Shown: positions 50,482-63,480 of the stretch, piece by piece | Layout: every line of letters starts with the position of its first letter | Numbering within the stretch: position 1 is the stretch's first letter | NCBI GenBank assembly: GCA_047495785.1 | Contig: JBLDXI010000017.1 | Coordinates: 1,798,001 to 1,862,000, forward strand | Direction: 5' to 3' | Length of the DNA: 64,000 bases | Source of the DNA: Lepidodermella squamata | Taxonomy: Eukaryota > Animalia > Gastrotricha | Notes under the pieces: model-generated | What the model was told of the DNA's origin: nothing | What the model saw: only the letters and a program-made list of their open reading frames with translations | The model's database searches: none | Made by a program: the position numbers and the translations under genes

Positions 50482-52714
50482 ATGCGATTGCCTGGAGTTG
50501 AGTTATTTTTATTATTTTCGATCTTCGCCCTCGTCTCATGTGGAACAACAAGACGATCTCAGAGGCGAAGTACTACAACCAGGGCGAGGCCAGTGATGTT
50601 TTTCGCGAATGATGGCGTTCAGCCAGCCCAGAGCAATCCGGCTGTTGAGGAACCGAATAATTCCGGAAATAATGCTGCGGCTTACAACGCCAACTTTTTG
50701 GGTAACCTCAATCAGTTGGTACAGCCGGACGCGGGCCAGGGAGCACCTCAGGCTGCTCAGGGCGCCCAGGGTGATCAACAACAGGTCGCTGGGCAGGAGC
50801 AACAACAACTCCCTAGTAACGTCATCATTCTCCTCGACGAACTCGGCCGTCCAGTTGGAGCTGCACCAGCTCAGTTAATTTAAAAAAAAAATTTAAATTT
50901 AAATTAATTAAATTTTATTAATAGCCAAAATCGGCAAATTGGTATCGCAATTCCTGGCGCAGATCAGTATCAGCAGGAATTGTTGGCTAAGCTTCAGGAT
51001 GCTATGCGTGCTCAACAGGCGGAGGAGCAGCGCCAGCAGCAGATTATTTTACGCCAACAACAGCAACAACAGCAAACACAACGTCAACAGCAGAGGCAAC
51101 AGCCACAAAGCGGCCCTTATTCGAACCCGCAAATGCCGCCATATCCACAGCCAACTGAACCCTATGTTGCACCCGATGCCTCCATGGCCTTGCCTTACCA
51201 GCTCGCGCAACGTAATCCGCCTCGTCGCCAAGCTCAAACTTTCCAGTAATTTTTAATTATTTAAATTACATTTTAAAATTTTAAAATTAACGTTTCATCT
51301 TTCATCTTTCAGTTTTTCTCAAATTAATTTGTTCAGGTTTTTTCACGATTTTTAATGTTGACCTAATTTTTTGTAGAAGCCCGTATCAATTAACTCCAGG
51401 CAATTCGGGCGGCTTGAGAATCATCGCAATCAACGAGCGTGGAGTTCCAACTGGCATCATTCAGCCCGACGAAACGTTAATTTACCTTGATCGAAATGCT
51501 CTCGACGATCCTTCAAATGTTATTTTAAACAATAGAATTCAATACTTGGAGAATCAAGGCCCGTCACAGCAACAGCAACAACAGCAGCGACTACCGGCTG
51601 ACGCTCCTCTGGCTTTCGCTAATTACCCAGGGGCCGTTTTGCCGCAAAGCAGTACAACGACTGAGCCGCCAATTCCGAACATTCGCGATAATTTGCCGCT
51701 GGCTCTCGGCAGCCTTGTCAACACGGTTGTAGCGGCGAATCGCGACAACAGCGCTGCTCGCCGTAATGACCAAAGGCTTGATGATCAACGAACAAGTGTT
51801 AGAGACAGGGTAAATTTTAATTCCTATATTTTTCTTTTCAAATCATCTAGGGTTTACGAAATATTTTATGGGAATATTCATAACCCGCTATTTAGCCTGA
51901 ATTTTTATTGTTAATTAAATTTTTAATGTATTTTAAACCTCGGAAAAATGAGCTATGAACTGGGAATTTTCGTCTTTTAAATTTTAAATTTTAAACTTTT
52001 ACGATTTCAAAATATGCGATCTCTCAATAATTGCCTGATGGTATAATAAAAATACTAAAAAATGTTCAGTGAGAATGCACAAAATCCGCGGAAATTCGGT
52101 CTAACCAGGTAAAATACCGAAAATCACCAAATTGTGTCTCATCGGGGTTTTTCGGGAATTTTTCGAAAAATCAAGTTTTCTATGTGGTGCAGTTGCAAAA
52201 ACTGATGGGAAATTTTAAGAAAAATTCCACCATAAAATGAAAATGAAAAAATTATTCGGGCAAATTAAAAGGGTACACTTCAACGTTATTCCTTTATTTT
52301 TATTCTTGTAATAGCTACCGGCGTTGAGTGATGTGTGGCAGGACACCCCTAGGGAAAACCAAGCTCCTTATCAATACATTCGCCCAGCTGCGAATCTGCG
52401 TCAAGGAACCACCATGATCGACGATGTCCCAATAGTAACCCCTCCTCCTTACCGCATCGACGACAGCGGCCGGTACCAGCCTTTCCAACAGCAGCGGCAA
52501 CAGCAGCAACCGAACGGCGGCGACCCATACGCTGATAACGCAGCGGTTCCAGCGCGGAACCGGTTCTACGACAGCCAGTTCAACAACCAGCAGCAAATGC
52601 CGGCGAGGAATAGAGGCCAGCAGCCGATGGCGCCGTACGACGGGCAGCCTGATGACGACGGAATGGCAACGCCACAGCCGCAGTTTCAACGCCAGCAATA
52701 TCGGCCACGGCCCC

Positions 52715-52745
<31 letters not shown>

Positions 52746-53311
52746 GTACCCGATGCAGCAGCAGCAACAACAGCAGCAACAAAACGGTTTCGGTTTCGGT
52801 GGGAATAATCCTTTCTTGAACTCGAATTCTCTTCTCGATCGGGCGAATGGTTTGTTGGGTCCCAACTCTGGGCAGCAGCAAATGCGGCCGCAGCAACAAG
52901 GTCAGCAGCAACGGTTTGGAGGCGCCCCTCAAGGCTCTCCTCAGGGTGCTAATTTTGGCCAGGGAGGAGAGTCGAACGGCGGCACTGACTCGCTATTTGG
53001 CGGTGATTCAGGTATGAGCTCATCAAAAAGGGGAATTTTCCTATAATTCCTAATTTTTTCTAGGCATTGGCGGCTTTTTGACTAATCGGGTCGGTCCAAT
53101 TATCAATCGCATGTTCGGAAGTTCGATTGGGTCCCAACAGCAGGCTCCGCAACAACAACAACAGCAACAACAACAGCAACAACAACAGCAGCAACAACAG
53201 CAAGGACCACAACAGCAGCAACAACAATCGATGAACGGTAACAATAACAACAGGCCGCCTGTGAATACTGCATTCGCTCGAAACAGCCTACGTCGGCCTA
53301 TCTTCGATTGA
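50482..53311 (+). CDS. Large secreted Gln/Asn/Pro/Gly-rich protein with polyQ tracts
   Basis: Signal MRLPGVELFLLFSIFALVSC; exons approx 50482-50873, 50925-51245, 51377-51809, 52315-53011, 53064-53311 join in frame; CAA/CAG runs at about 52714-52781 and 53150-53227. Confidence 0.85.
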
Positions 53312-54283
53312 AAGAAAAAATCAACACATTCTATAGCTTTTTTCTACTCATCGTCGTAGCTTTGATTAAACTCCAACTTTGTACGAAAACTTGTGTTTTT
53401 CACGCGAAAAAAAACGTCCAGCTTAAAAAAATAACGCAAGAGCGAAAGGCCAACTATCATAATTGCATGGGTGGTAATGCTGTCCGAAACTCATCTTTTT
53501 TTATGCACCTTGATGAGAGTAGTCACAGGCGTGCCAAAAATTGCTGCATTTCATATTTCTTCTGCTGTAAATAGCAATTTTGTTATAAAATGTTAATGCC
53601 GGTTTTGTTGTTCACGTGTGATTTTATTTAAATATATCTTTTTTTAATATTTTTGTTGAATGTGTGCGTGTACGTACCCCACAAGGAGCGCTTTTGTGGT
53701 TAAAGAAAAATAAAAATCTTAAAATGATGAGCTTATGCGGTTTTTTTAATTGATAGCCGTATACGTTATTACGGGCTCGTGGTTTAAATGCGTTAATAAT
53801 TTACCTCGATTATTGTTTTACAGCGCTCGAGATGATGAGGATAGAACACAAGTATATGTCCCGCGTTTGTAAGTCACGAAAATTACACAGCAACCGTAAA
53901 CAAGTTTGCGTAATAACAAATGCGAAATAATAGCCCTTACTAAACGAGTATTGCTCTAATTTTTAGCCTTAACATATAAAATTTTTCCCAGGGTCTACTA
54001 TCCCATTCGAGGTAACGCGCACTGCGCCATTTTTTTGGTTTCGCGAAAATGTGTCAAATAAGTATCCGCGCGTGACCTCTATAAAAGTGCGCGCGTGAGT
54101 CTCAAGATGGCCGAAATTATAATCAGATGCGCATCGGTAAAAACAATCTCATCAGCGCGGTGTAATCTCGTTTTAATTATTTTCAAAATAAACAGGTATT
54201 GCAGGACGCGGACTAGTTTTGTACAAATTATTTCAATATTTTGTTGCACATTTTTATTATAGTCTCGTTTTCTTTTTTTCAAA

Positions 54284-55174
54284 ATGATTGGCTGCCGTTG
54301 TATCGCCTTAGCTATGCTTGTTTCGGCTTGTCAAGCCCAGTTCTTCTACCCAACGATATCTAACAATAATTTTTTCAAAAATTTCTGGCCAAATTACGGC
54401 GGATCGAACAAAATTGGCAATAGCCTGCAGCAACAGTCTAATTTCCAGCAGACGACAACCGTGACACCTGGGCTACCTTTGGCTTTCCAGGTTCAAGATC
54501 AGGCAAAACTCGCAAATTTCGTTGTCTTGCCTGCCGTTAGCAAACAGCAGGACGTTAATTCGTTTTTCCCGGCCTACAAACCTCAGACGTGAGTTACATT
54601 TTGTTCCTAGAAATGTCGCAGTGATATCTACCCCCTTTGTTTTTCAGTTTTACTTCTCTATTAGGCGGTAACGAGTTCTTCCAACCTCAGCAACAGCAAA
54701 CCAGGTGAGAGGATTAATTTTAAATTTTAAATCGTTAAAATGCTTTAATTTTTAAAGAGAGAAACCAAAAACGTCGTGCAAATAAAATCAAAACATTGCG
54801 CAGCATGATTTAAAACGTTGCGCTAGTGCGTAATATGCGTCGCGCTTTGTTTAATTTGCGCGCACCTTTCTGTTTTGCGCGACGTTTTGATATTATTTGC
54901 GCGGCATTCGAATTATTTTGCGCGACGCATGTCTAAGGCCATTTTTAAATGTTCCAACGCTATATTTTTGTCTTCCATCGCCAGATATTCGGCTCCAATG
55001 TTGTTTCAAAGCTTTGCTCAACTTCCGAATACTTGGAACCAAAATACGCAGAATAGATTGCCCAATGGACCTGTTGCGTTTGCCCCGCAAGCGAACTTCT
55101 TCGGCAACAACCAGCCGGTAAATTTCCGAGGCTACAATGGTTTCAACGGAAACGGGCTGCCATTCCAAGTCTAG
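54284..55174 (+). CDS. Secreted Gln/Asn/Phe-rich low-complexity protein
   Basis: Signal MIGCRCIALAMLVSACQA|QFF; exons 54284-54588, 54648-54703, 54985-55174 in frame; TATAAAAG at about 54080. Confidence 0.8.
54765..54930. repeat. Imperfect inverted-repeat / MITE-like insert in intron 2 of the 54284 gene
   Basis: aaaacgtcgtgcaaataaaatcaaaacattgcgca pairs with ttgcgcgacgttttgatattatttgcgcg. Confidence 0.55.
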
Positions 55175-55472
55175 GACCTGAACAAATGTATAGCAATGTA
55201 TTGAAGAATCTCATTCCTCAAGCACCATCTATAACTTTTGGTTTTTCCGCAATTTTAGCGAGAAAATCCGCATTTTTTATAATCCAATTTATCGAGCAAA
55301 TTTTGATTTTGAATCAAGTAAAATTTATTGACAAGCAAAACTGTTAATATTATTTGCACGGTTGTAAAAAAACACAAGATTTGATTTTTGTATAATATAG
55401 CTTGGAGTTGAGCCTGAGGTAAAGTTATTATGATGATTGAGATTTTGCATCGAAATCAATCGCATATTGCCA

Positions 55473-56837
55473 TCACCGTTTTTGCCGCTGAAAAACCGTC
55501 CTCAACGGTGGAAACCATTCTCCCATAGGGACGTTGTAGTTCATATTTTGCCGCTCTTGATTAGGGTAAGTCTGGAAGTTTCGCTCCCTAAATTAAAAAA
55601 TTTAAATTCAAAATTTCAAAAATTTCAAAGTAATTTAAATTAATTTAAAAATTTAGATTTAATTTTTAAAAATTAAGATTGATCTAGGAAACGCTATTCA
55701 ACTCACATTGATTGCTTTTGTGGCATCGACCCAATTGACGATGGATAATTCTGGAAATAATTTTCAAATGTGCCCTTGATTTCATGGATAGAAGACGCAG
55801 ATGGCGGTGCGAAAGGCAGCTGAGGCTGCGGCTGAATTCGGCCATTATTTGGCGATGATTCACCGATACTCGACTTCAACATCGGTATATTAAAGTTATA
55901 GCCGCCATTGTCTTGCTTGAAAGATTTCAAGTATTGAGCGAGGAACGATTCGCTAGCTGACTCGATCATTTTATCGACCTCAGGCATAGTTTGAAGCCAA
56001 GCCGGCGATGCGAAAGGGGCTTTGGTTGTAAATTCCCTCGCTTTTTGGTACGAATTATCAGCTTTCATCCTAGGATTGGCGATTTGAGGGTAGCGTCTTG
56101 GCTCGTTTTCCAGGGATATTTTCTGCGGCCCAACTTCGGGAGGATCGATAGCGATGAACAGCGGTTGGGTTGTTGTAGTAAATTCTGCAGCCTTTTCGGC
56201 CGTTTCCAACGGTAGCTGATAGCTGAAAATTGGCGAGCTTGTCGTGGCAGCCGAATGTCGGATTAGATTAGGGTTGACAAAAGCTGGCAGAACAAAGTTA
56301 TTCTCCGAAGGGAAATGCTGATAACCAGGTCTAAAGTTGGCCATCCTCGGGCTAGAAAAATTATAAAAAATAAAAAATTCCGCCTTAAAAATTAAATTAC
56401 GCGAAATTATTATTCGGTTTCCAGTATTTCTGAGGCTGTTGAGCCTGGGGAAATTCTAGGCCTGGCTGCGGAAAGTTGAGACCGAAAATCGGCCGGTCGC
56501 TCTGGCGAAATCGATAATTAGGAACTTTTCGCTGGGAACTTCGTCTAGGTGGAGGTACAAATCGAGGCCGATCGATTATGTCCTCGTCAGCTGCGTTTCT
56601 AACATCACTGCTTCCGGTTTCGAATTTCGACCACGGTTTCGGTTGATTGAGCGCATCGTTCAATCCGCCTTGATAGGTTGACCACGATTTCAACTTCATA
56701 AAATCTGGAAAAATCTCGGACAGCGGAATCGCCTTGGTGGACCTTGGTTTATGAGAACGATACTGTTCATGTTGGGAGGTTCGAACACTATTCAGTAACA
56801 CGGCTGCTAACACTGGAATGATTTTCTTAAAATTCAT
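55473..56837 (-). CDS. Secreted Pro/Gln/Phe/Asn-rich protein
   Basis: Signal MNFKKIIPVLAAVLLNSVRT; exons approx 56837-56401, 56351-55707, 55587-55473 (ERNFQTYPNQ..FQRQKR*) in frame. Confidence 0.78.
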
Positions 56838-59231
56838 TGCTCTAAAAAATATTCTTGAAATTTGCGCTGGAAGATTGTTCATAAAGTAACGCTTGTTATC
56901 TTGAAATAAACACCGCACTGGCCATGGCATAACAACAAAATTTAAGTTAATGACTCGAGCCGGCGGGCAGAATTATCTTCCGTCTCATATGTTTGGGTAT
57001 GAAATGTGTCTGCTTTTTTTGCTAAAAGATGAGCGCATAACTTATCTAATATACAGCGTATATTGCGTTTATATCATTGTTGTTTTGCGGAATTGTGAAA
57101 ACACAGGTAACAGAAAATTCAACAAATGAGCGGAATAATTAGTAGCCGGATTTTTAATACTTTTATTCATCGTACGCAATGGAAAAACAAACGATAAATG
57201 TTACGCCGTCACGCAAAAATCGACTCGCAATCACATGAAACACGTAAAATTTTATCGCATCATTATTTGGGACGCTAAAACAAAAAGGTGTTAATACAGG
57301 TACTAATATTGTGGGTTTGTTGTGTTATATTGACATTGAGGTGGTGAATATTTTATGAGTATATAATTCCAGATTATGATGATGGACTTGATTATGAGGA
57401 TGCTATAACGCATTTCAACCCGCAATCACGACAACATTCCGCTTGATTCAGCATCGGCTCTTGTCGATGGAAAAATTGACCATTTACCATATACCATATA
57501 TTTATTTATTTATTATTGTACAGAAGTGATTGATTCAAGGTGTTTAATGAAAGATGAAAAAATAAACCAAAAAGTATTTTATCACTTTACACCACAGAAG
57601 GCCTGTGAAATCTACCGATTGGGAATCGGCTCGGTATCATTTCGGATTGGGATCGGTATTTTTTGGTATTTTTACCAGGTATTTTGCCTTTTTCAACTGA
57701 TTTTTCCATTCTGTGTAACCAGCTACGTAGCTGATGATATGTCTCATGCAAAATACCCACAGGCCAGAAGATCGGATATTGCCTCACATTTAATACTTTT
57801 TCTCTTCCTTCGGTTGGGTCACTTTTGCGCTGCGATATCAAAGCAATATCAATCAGGGTTCCTAAAGAAAAATTGGCCTCAAGTTTTACTAGCGAAAATG
57901 TTCATTTCAGAAAATGCGCGCTCAAGTTTTAATAATCGGCCTCGTTTCATTTGTTATTAATTTTCTTACAGCATACGCTCCATCGATATTCATAAAATGG
58001 GTATTTCGAGGCCAAAAAACTTGTAATTAATAATTAAAATCATAGTTGATAGTTGCAGAATCAGGCCAGGGTCTAGACCCCATCAACCTGAAGCTGTACG
58101 ACTTTGAGGTTTTCCGTCTTTTAGGTAGAATTGGAGCATCCTAGTGACCAGTGGTGGAAAACTAAAAAAGTCAAAATCAACAAGATCTTGGCAAAAGGTA
58201 AAAAGTTGTTATTTGCCCTAGTAAATACAATTCTTGCGAGATTCGCTGGAAGATTTTGGAAATTCACCTTATCGATTCCTGACGATCTCTGAGTTTGATG
58301 TGATCAGTGTGACCTCTCCAGATTCCTGAACCAATTGGTAACTGGGCTTGCCAATGATTCTTTACAAGAGATAATACCTATGGACTTGGGACTTCGAATT
58401 CGAGCGGTATTACTGCTCTTAGACTGCTCTTCAACCATTCGTGAAAAATGAGAACCAAATTTTGAGGCGGTTTCCCCTAAACTGCTGGGTGAATGTCATG
58501 TTTTCGGTTCCAAACTAATTGTGAATGAAATATCTGTCGATTAAGGCTATGGCTCATGGTCGTCGTACGCACAGTTATTGCTGTAGACCCCCTGGCAAAT
58601 ATGTATATGCAACACCCTGTAGCTCTGTAAGGTAACTCTGACTATCAGTCGTCGCGATAATTCTCATTATAATCTCGCTCGCTTACCTATCTCGTGAGTT
58701 TCATCTAATATTTGAATAAAACTTGAGTAGGACGCACGGCTTTGTTCGCTCATATGCTATCTCATCATTTTCACAGAAATCTTGCCGAGCGGAAAATTGA
58801 TGCGCGAAAAACACGTGCGACGTTATATTTAATGAGAAAAAAATTGAAAGCGCTTTGAAAATTTTATTAAACTGTGTGCTAAATGCCAAGCAGTTGGTAA
58901 ATGCTGCTGGCGTGAATGGCGAACATTAGGCAGATGAAAACGGCTAAAACGGCCTGGGAAGAATTGACAGCGCTCACGAATAATGTCGAGAGACAACTAA
59001 AAACAGTAGACTTTTAGATTACAAAAAAACATGTTTTCGCATTAGATGGGTTATTAAACACTGCCCGCTACTACTACTACTACGACTATTATCTTCTGCT
59101 AAGACTGCGCGAGCGCGCGCGATAATAAATGATGCGCAAATAAGATTCTCTCACTTTGCGCGCACGAGTTGTGGATAAAATAGCTCATATAATATAATCT
59201 CGCTGTTTTTGGCGCACTACCTAATTGCTCG

Positions 59232-60417
59232 ATGTTGATTCATCGATTGTTGATACTTCACGGCGCCTTGATCGGCGTCTTCGCGCAACCAATGCCACCT
59301 ATTGACGACGCTAACATCTTCAGCCCTAGCATCCTACAGGTAAAAAAAAATCATAAATATCCTGAATAAAATAAAATAAAATTATTTAGGGCTTAACATC
59401 TTTCGGTAAAACGTTCTTCGGTCAAAATAAGGCCGAAATTCGGCGAAATGCAAAACGCGTTTTAGCCAACGGTTTTCCTTCTATGGTGGACAATTCGAGA
59501 CGGGCAATCGATAATTCGGCTGATAATCAGATCAGGAATAACAACCTCCCGTTATCATACCAACCACCGCCCAATCCTCCGGTTCAACCCACCAATAATC
59601 ATATCCCATCACCCCCAGTGGTGAATAAGCCTCCGGAACCGCCGAATGAAAATTCCTTGCAATTCCCAGCTTCAATATGGCAACAACCGGGCGAGCCGGG
59701 TTCCGACGGCCCGCTGCCGGTTCTCCAGGCGCCACTGCCGAATTTCGGTCTACCGCAAGTTGCGCCGCACTTTCCGCCGAGTAAGCAGATAATAGTCAGC
59801 AATCAGCCTCCTCAACTTCCAGTCACACATGGCGCGAGCAATCTTCATAGAAGGACGGGAGATCTCGTACCTCAATTACCGACTACGTTAATGGGTCAAA
59901 ATGATCAAATACCCATGATTGAACCTCAACGGTAATAATAATTTGATAATTCTCACGCTTCAATTTTATTCCTTATATTATTTCAGGTCAAGTGGAACGG
60001 CTCTAAAATCTAGCAAACAAAGACGCTATCCAAATAATGCTGGGTAAATTCCAAATTTAAAAATTAAAAATTTAGTGAATTTTAATTAAATTTCAAATTT
60101 TTATTTACTGCAGTTACGATGTGAATTCTGTGCGTTACACGAACGGTAACGCGTGGCAACAACCGAGTCGTTACATTCACCATCAAACCGCTCCAGTAAC
60201 ACGGAATTTCGGTAATTTTAACCAACCCAGTACCCTATTTCTGGTACCGCCGCAGCAGCAATCGAATTATCGCATGAACCAGCCTCGAAATACGCGACGT
60301 AACAACAACAGGCGATTGAATAATTTCAACAGCCCGAATAATCAACGGTTTTATCAAAGGAATAACATGCCGCTACGTGTAAATCGGCAAAGAATGGCGA
60401 ATTATTGGCAGAATTAG
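59232..60417 (+). CDS. Secreted Pro-rich protein with Asn/Arg/Gln-rich C-terminus
   Basis: Signal MLIHRLLILHGALIGVFA|QP; exons approx 59232-59339, 59390-59931, 59987-60043, 60114-60417 in frame. Confidence 0.8.
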
Positions 60418-60619
60418 TTTAACATATTTACATAATTCCCCGCTATCTCATCAATTAGACAACACTTTGCTTGCTCATCTTCATCAATTTTTGTTGTCAA
60501 TTTTGTTTTTATTACATGCGCACCTGGTTGCGCTATTATGTCTCAAAGCATGTTGTTTTTACCTCTCGGGCTTGAAAAGAAATAAAAATGTTCAAATTTT
60601 TGGAAAAAATACCACGACA

Positions 60620-60943
60620 ATGACAATAACCGCGGTGATTTTTTGCCTCGTTATTTTGAAATCTACTGAAGCGTGTATAACTCCCTCGTCGTTCTGGTCC
60701 GCTGGACACGTTCCCGATGACGACGGAATCCGGCATTGCCCATGCAGACAGCAAACCCAAGTAGAGGCGGCGTGTAAATTCTACGACGAAAATCGAATTT
60801 CGACGTGGGTTTGCGAAGCAGAACGCCGAATTCAACGCTGCCGTTGCCACAACACCACGTGGGCAGATTTCAAGAAGTACTGCTTCTTCGACGGGACATT
60901 TGACACGTTCATATGCGATCCTTTCGAAATTTTAGACACTTGA
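60620..60943 (+). CDS. Small secreted cysteine-rich protein with two tandem 4-Cys modules
   Basis: Signal MTITAVIFCLVILKSTEA; nine Cys in the mature part; AATAAA immediately after the stop. Confidence 0.75.
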   Translation: MTITAVIFCLVILKSTEACITPSSFWSAGHVPDDDGIRHCPCRQQTQVEAACKFYDENRISTWVCEAERRIQRCRCHNTTWADFKKYCFFDGTFDTFICDPFEILDT

Positions 60944-61354
60944 CATATTTTAATAAAAAATTTCGATTAAATTGATAATTTTGACATCAATTATTTTTTT
61001 TAGCTTGTAAATCTACCCCATTCTTGTTTTATTGTTATGGCGCTGCGGTTTTGTTCCGGAAAAAAATGGAACAAAAAAAGAAACAATGAAGAGATTTGCG
61101 CGCTTTAGCGTTAATTGCGCAGTGCGCAGAGAAAACTGAAAAATTATATGCTGTTATTAGGAATTCTACCCGCTAGAAGAGCGCACATGGCGCCAGTATA
61201 GTACCAGCGGAGCTTGCTCGCTGAGAAATAATTTTACCTGCCGACTTTTAATGGCTAAAAATAACATTATTTTTCCGTAAAATAACTTACATTCGATACA
61301 CTTTTCAGTGCGTCGTGATGATGGAATGAAATTGTCTCGTCATCCTTTTGCGAT

Positions 61355-63480
61355 ATGATTTTGCTGTTGTTAATCGTGCTGACTTCTTCATCAATTTCGA
61401 ACGCTGCTGGCGCTAACAATAGGAGGAAAGTTAACTTGCTCAATGGAGATCGTGACAAGTTTTTCTCGATGATTTTCGGCGGAATCAGCTCGCTTATCGC
61501 TGCGGGTAACAACAAAACACTCGAGTCTCTATCGAATTCGACAAATAATGGGAACAAAAACGGCAATAATTCAAACTTCGAACGAACTAGAACTTGGTCT
61601 TCTGCTGATAGCGATTCTCCGCTTTACGCCCACAGCCAGGAAAGATTTGAGCAGACCTTCCAGCGGGGCAACCGATTTGAGCCTATGGTATTCAATAACC
61701 CAGGCTTTCGGGAAGTTACAACTTCGAAAGGAATTTTAGTGGATAATCGAAACAATATTCGGAATGTCATTGTACCAATACCTGAAGTTGTGCGATTCGA
61801 AACAACTACATCAACATGGCGTACTCGGCGTCTTAGGCCAGTAAGAATATCAACTGCTGGAACCACCACTACTACTACAGGACTCCCAATCGCTTTTCTG
61901 AACTTACCATCTCAAGGTCAAACTTCGAATTCACAAGATGTGGTGAGGCCTCTTGTTGTGTACGACTTTTCTGGCAGGGACAGTCCGCCTTTAGCCACCC
62001 TACCTGGTTACCAGGCTGATAAGCAAAAGCCATTGCCTATGGCTGTCGAATTCGAACCAGCTATGGATACATCGAACTTTGCCGTTGTAACAAGAGAGGA
62101 TGCTACAACGCCGCGAATCGATCCACCTAAATTAATTCAGAATCGGGAAGGCCCGCCACGGGCCGAAAAACAACCACAAGGTTATAACCAGAATTTCGAG
62201 AGGAATCGATTTATCAACTCGAATTTGATGAATGTTTTCTTTATGCCGCCGATGTTCAATCCGGCGGAATTTGTTAATTTTAACCCATTTGGATCTCAGC
62301 AGGCAATGATGCAACCTCAGCCGATTCTGGCTGGGAGTGCGACTTTTTACCCGGACGGGCCAGTTTCGATTTACCACTGGAGTCCTAATGGCCAGATTTA
62401 CAGCGCCGGTTACGTGCTGGAACCTTTAAACGAGCCATTCACCTCAACTACAACGTATCGGCCTAACAACAATTGGAAACATCCGGTTATTTCGAAACCG
62501 GATTTTGATAGTGGTGAGTCATCAGATTACAGTTACTATGATAACAGCGGCGAAATTATAACAACAACGACTACAACGGTCAAAACAACGACTACGACGA
62601 CGAAGCGGAAAAGGCGGCGAAAAACGACGCCAGTGTCTGTGATGACTCATCGCAGGGTTCGGCCAGGTTTCAGGCCACAGCCGGCTGTGGTCCGGAAAGC
62701 GGTATTAGACTCATCCGCTGCCGAGATCGACCCTGATTTCGATCGAATTCTAGAGAAATACCCAAGTAACTATAAGATGACCGTTAACAAGTGAAAATTG
62801 GGGTTTGGCGAAATTTTTGACAACGTGAGATTTTGATGCCGCTTTCAAGATCAATGAATGAGGAGTCGAACGATATAAAAAATAGGGTTCAAAGTTTACG
62901 GGTGAAAATTGGCAATGTGCGCGCTAAAAAAATGCTGTTTATTATTGCATCAATTAGTGATTCATCGCGCAATAAATTCTCATGTTACTTTATTGTGCGC
63001 GGTCGAGATTTTATTAGGTAATCTGAGGTGAGGAATCTTGGTAGAATTAAAAAAAATCGTTAGAATCAAGCTAGTGATTCCACGTAAACCTGAATCGATA
63101 AGCCTTTTGGGATCTCCCGACTATTTAGGTGGATGGGAGCCTCCTATAGAGGTCTGAATTTTAAAAATTCAAAATCCTCAAGAAAAATTGACTTGAGAAT
63201 CGTCCCTCTTCAAGTCCTTTTGCCATTTGCTGGAAAATACAGAAAATACGCCAAACCCCATTTGTCACTTGTTAACGGTCAAATAACTCCGATTTAATTT
63301 TGATTTTTTTTAAATATAGGTATTCAAGAGGTGCTGGAAGCTTCACCATCTACAATCAACATGAGTAAATCGGTTAAAAGCCGGATTAGTAACCAGGCCG
63401 CTCCGTCGGTAATTAAAATCAGCCGGAAGCGGAAAAACTTTACGGAGGATGTCGAGGAGATAGAATTTCAGCTATCTTAA
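61355..63480 (+). CDS. Secreted Thr/Asn/Pro-rich (mucin-like) protein, two exons
   Basis: Signal MILLLLIVLTSSSISNA. Exon 1 61355-62765 (A|gtaact) joins in phase 1 to exon 2 63320-63480 (SIQEVLEASP..IEFQLS*). The ORF-track stop at 62794 lies inside an intronic TIR. Confidence 0.82.
62778..63281. mobile_element. MITE with 33-bp TIRs, same family as 8293-9604
   Basis: TGACCGTTAACAAGTGAAAATTGGGGTTTGGCG (62778-62810) pairs with CGCCAAACCCCATTTGTCACTTGTTAACGGTCA (63249-63281). Subterminal 62825-62885 aligns with 8330-8390. Confidence 0.85.

Noticed and set aside
52315-53250. Minus-strand poly-Leu and poly-Cys ORFs
   Set aside because: These are antisense shadows of the CAA/CAG polyQ exons.
49396-57215. 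Recurring GTCACG hexamer upstream of several secreted genes
   Set aside because: A hexamer at this frequency cannot be distinguished from chance without an enrichment test.
58080-58560. Possible transposase relic (LLLLD-containing frame)
   Set aside because: Too degenerate to assign.
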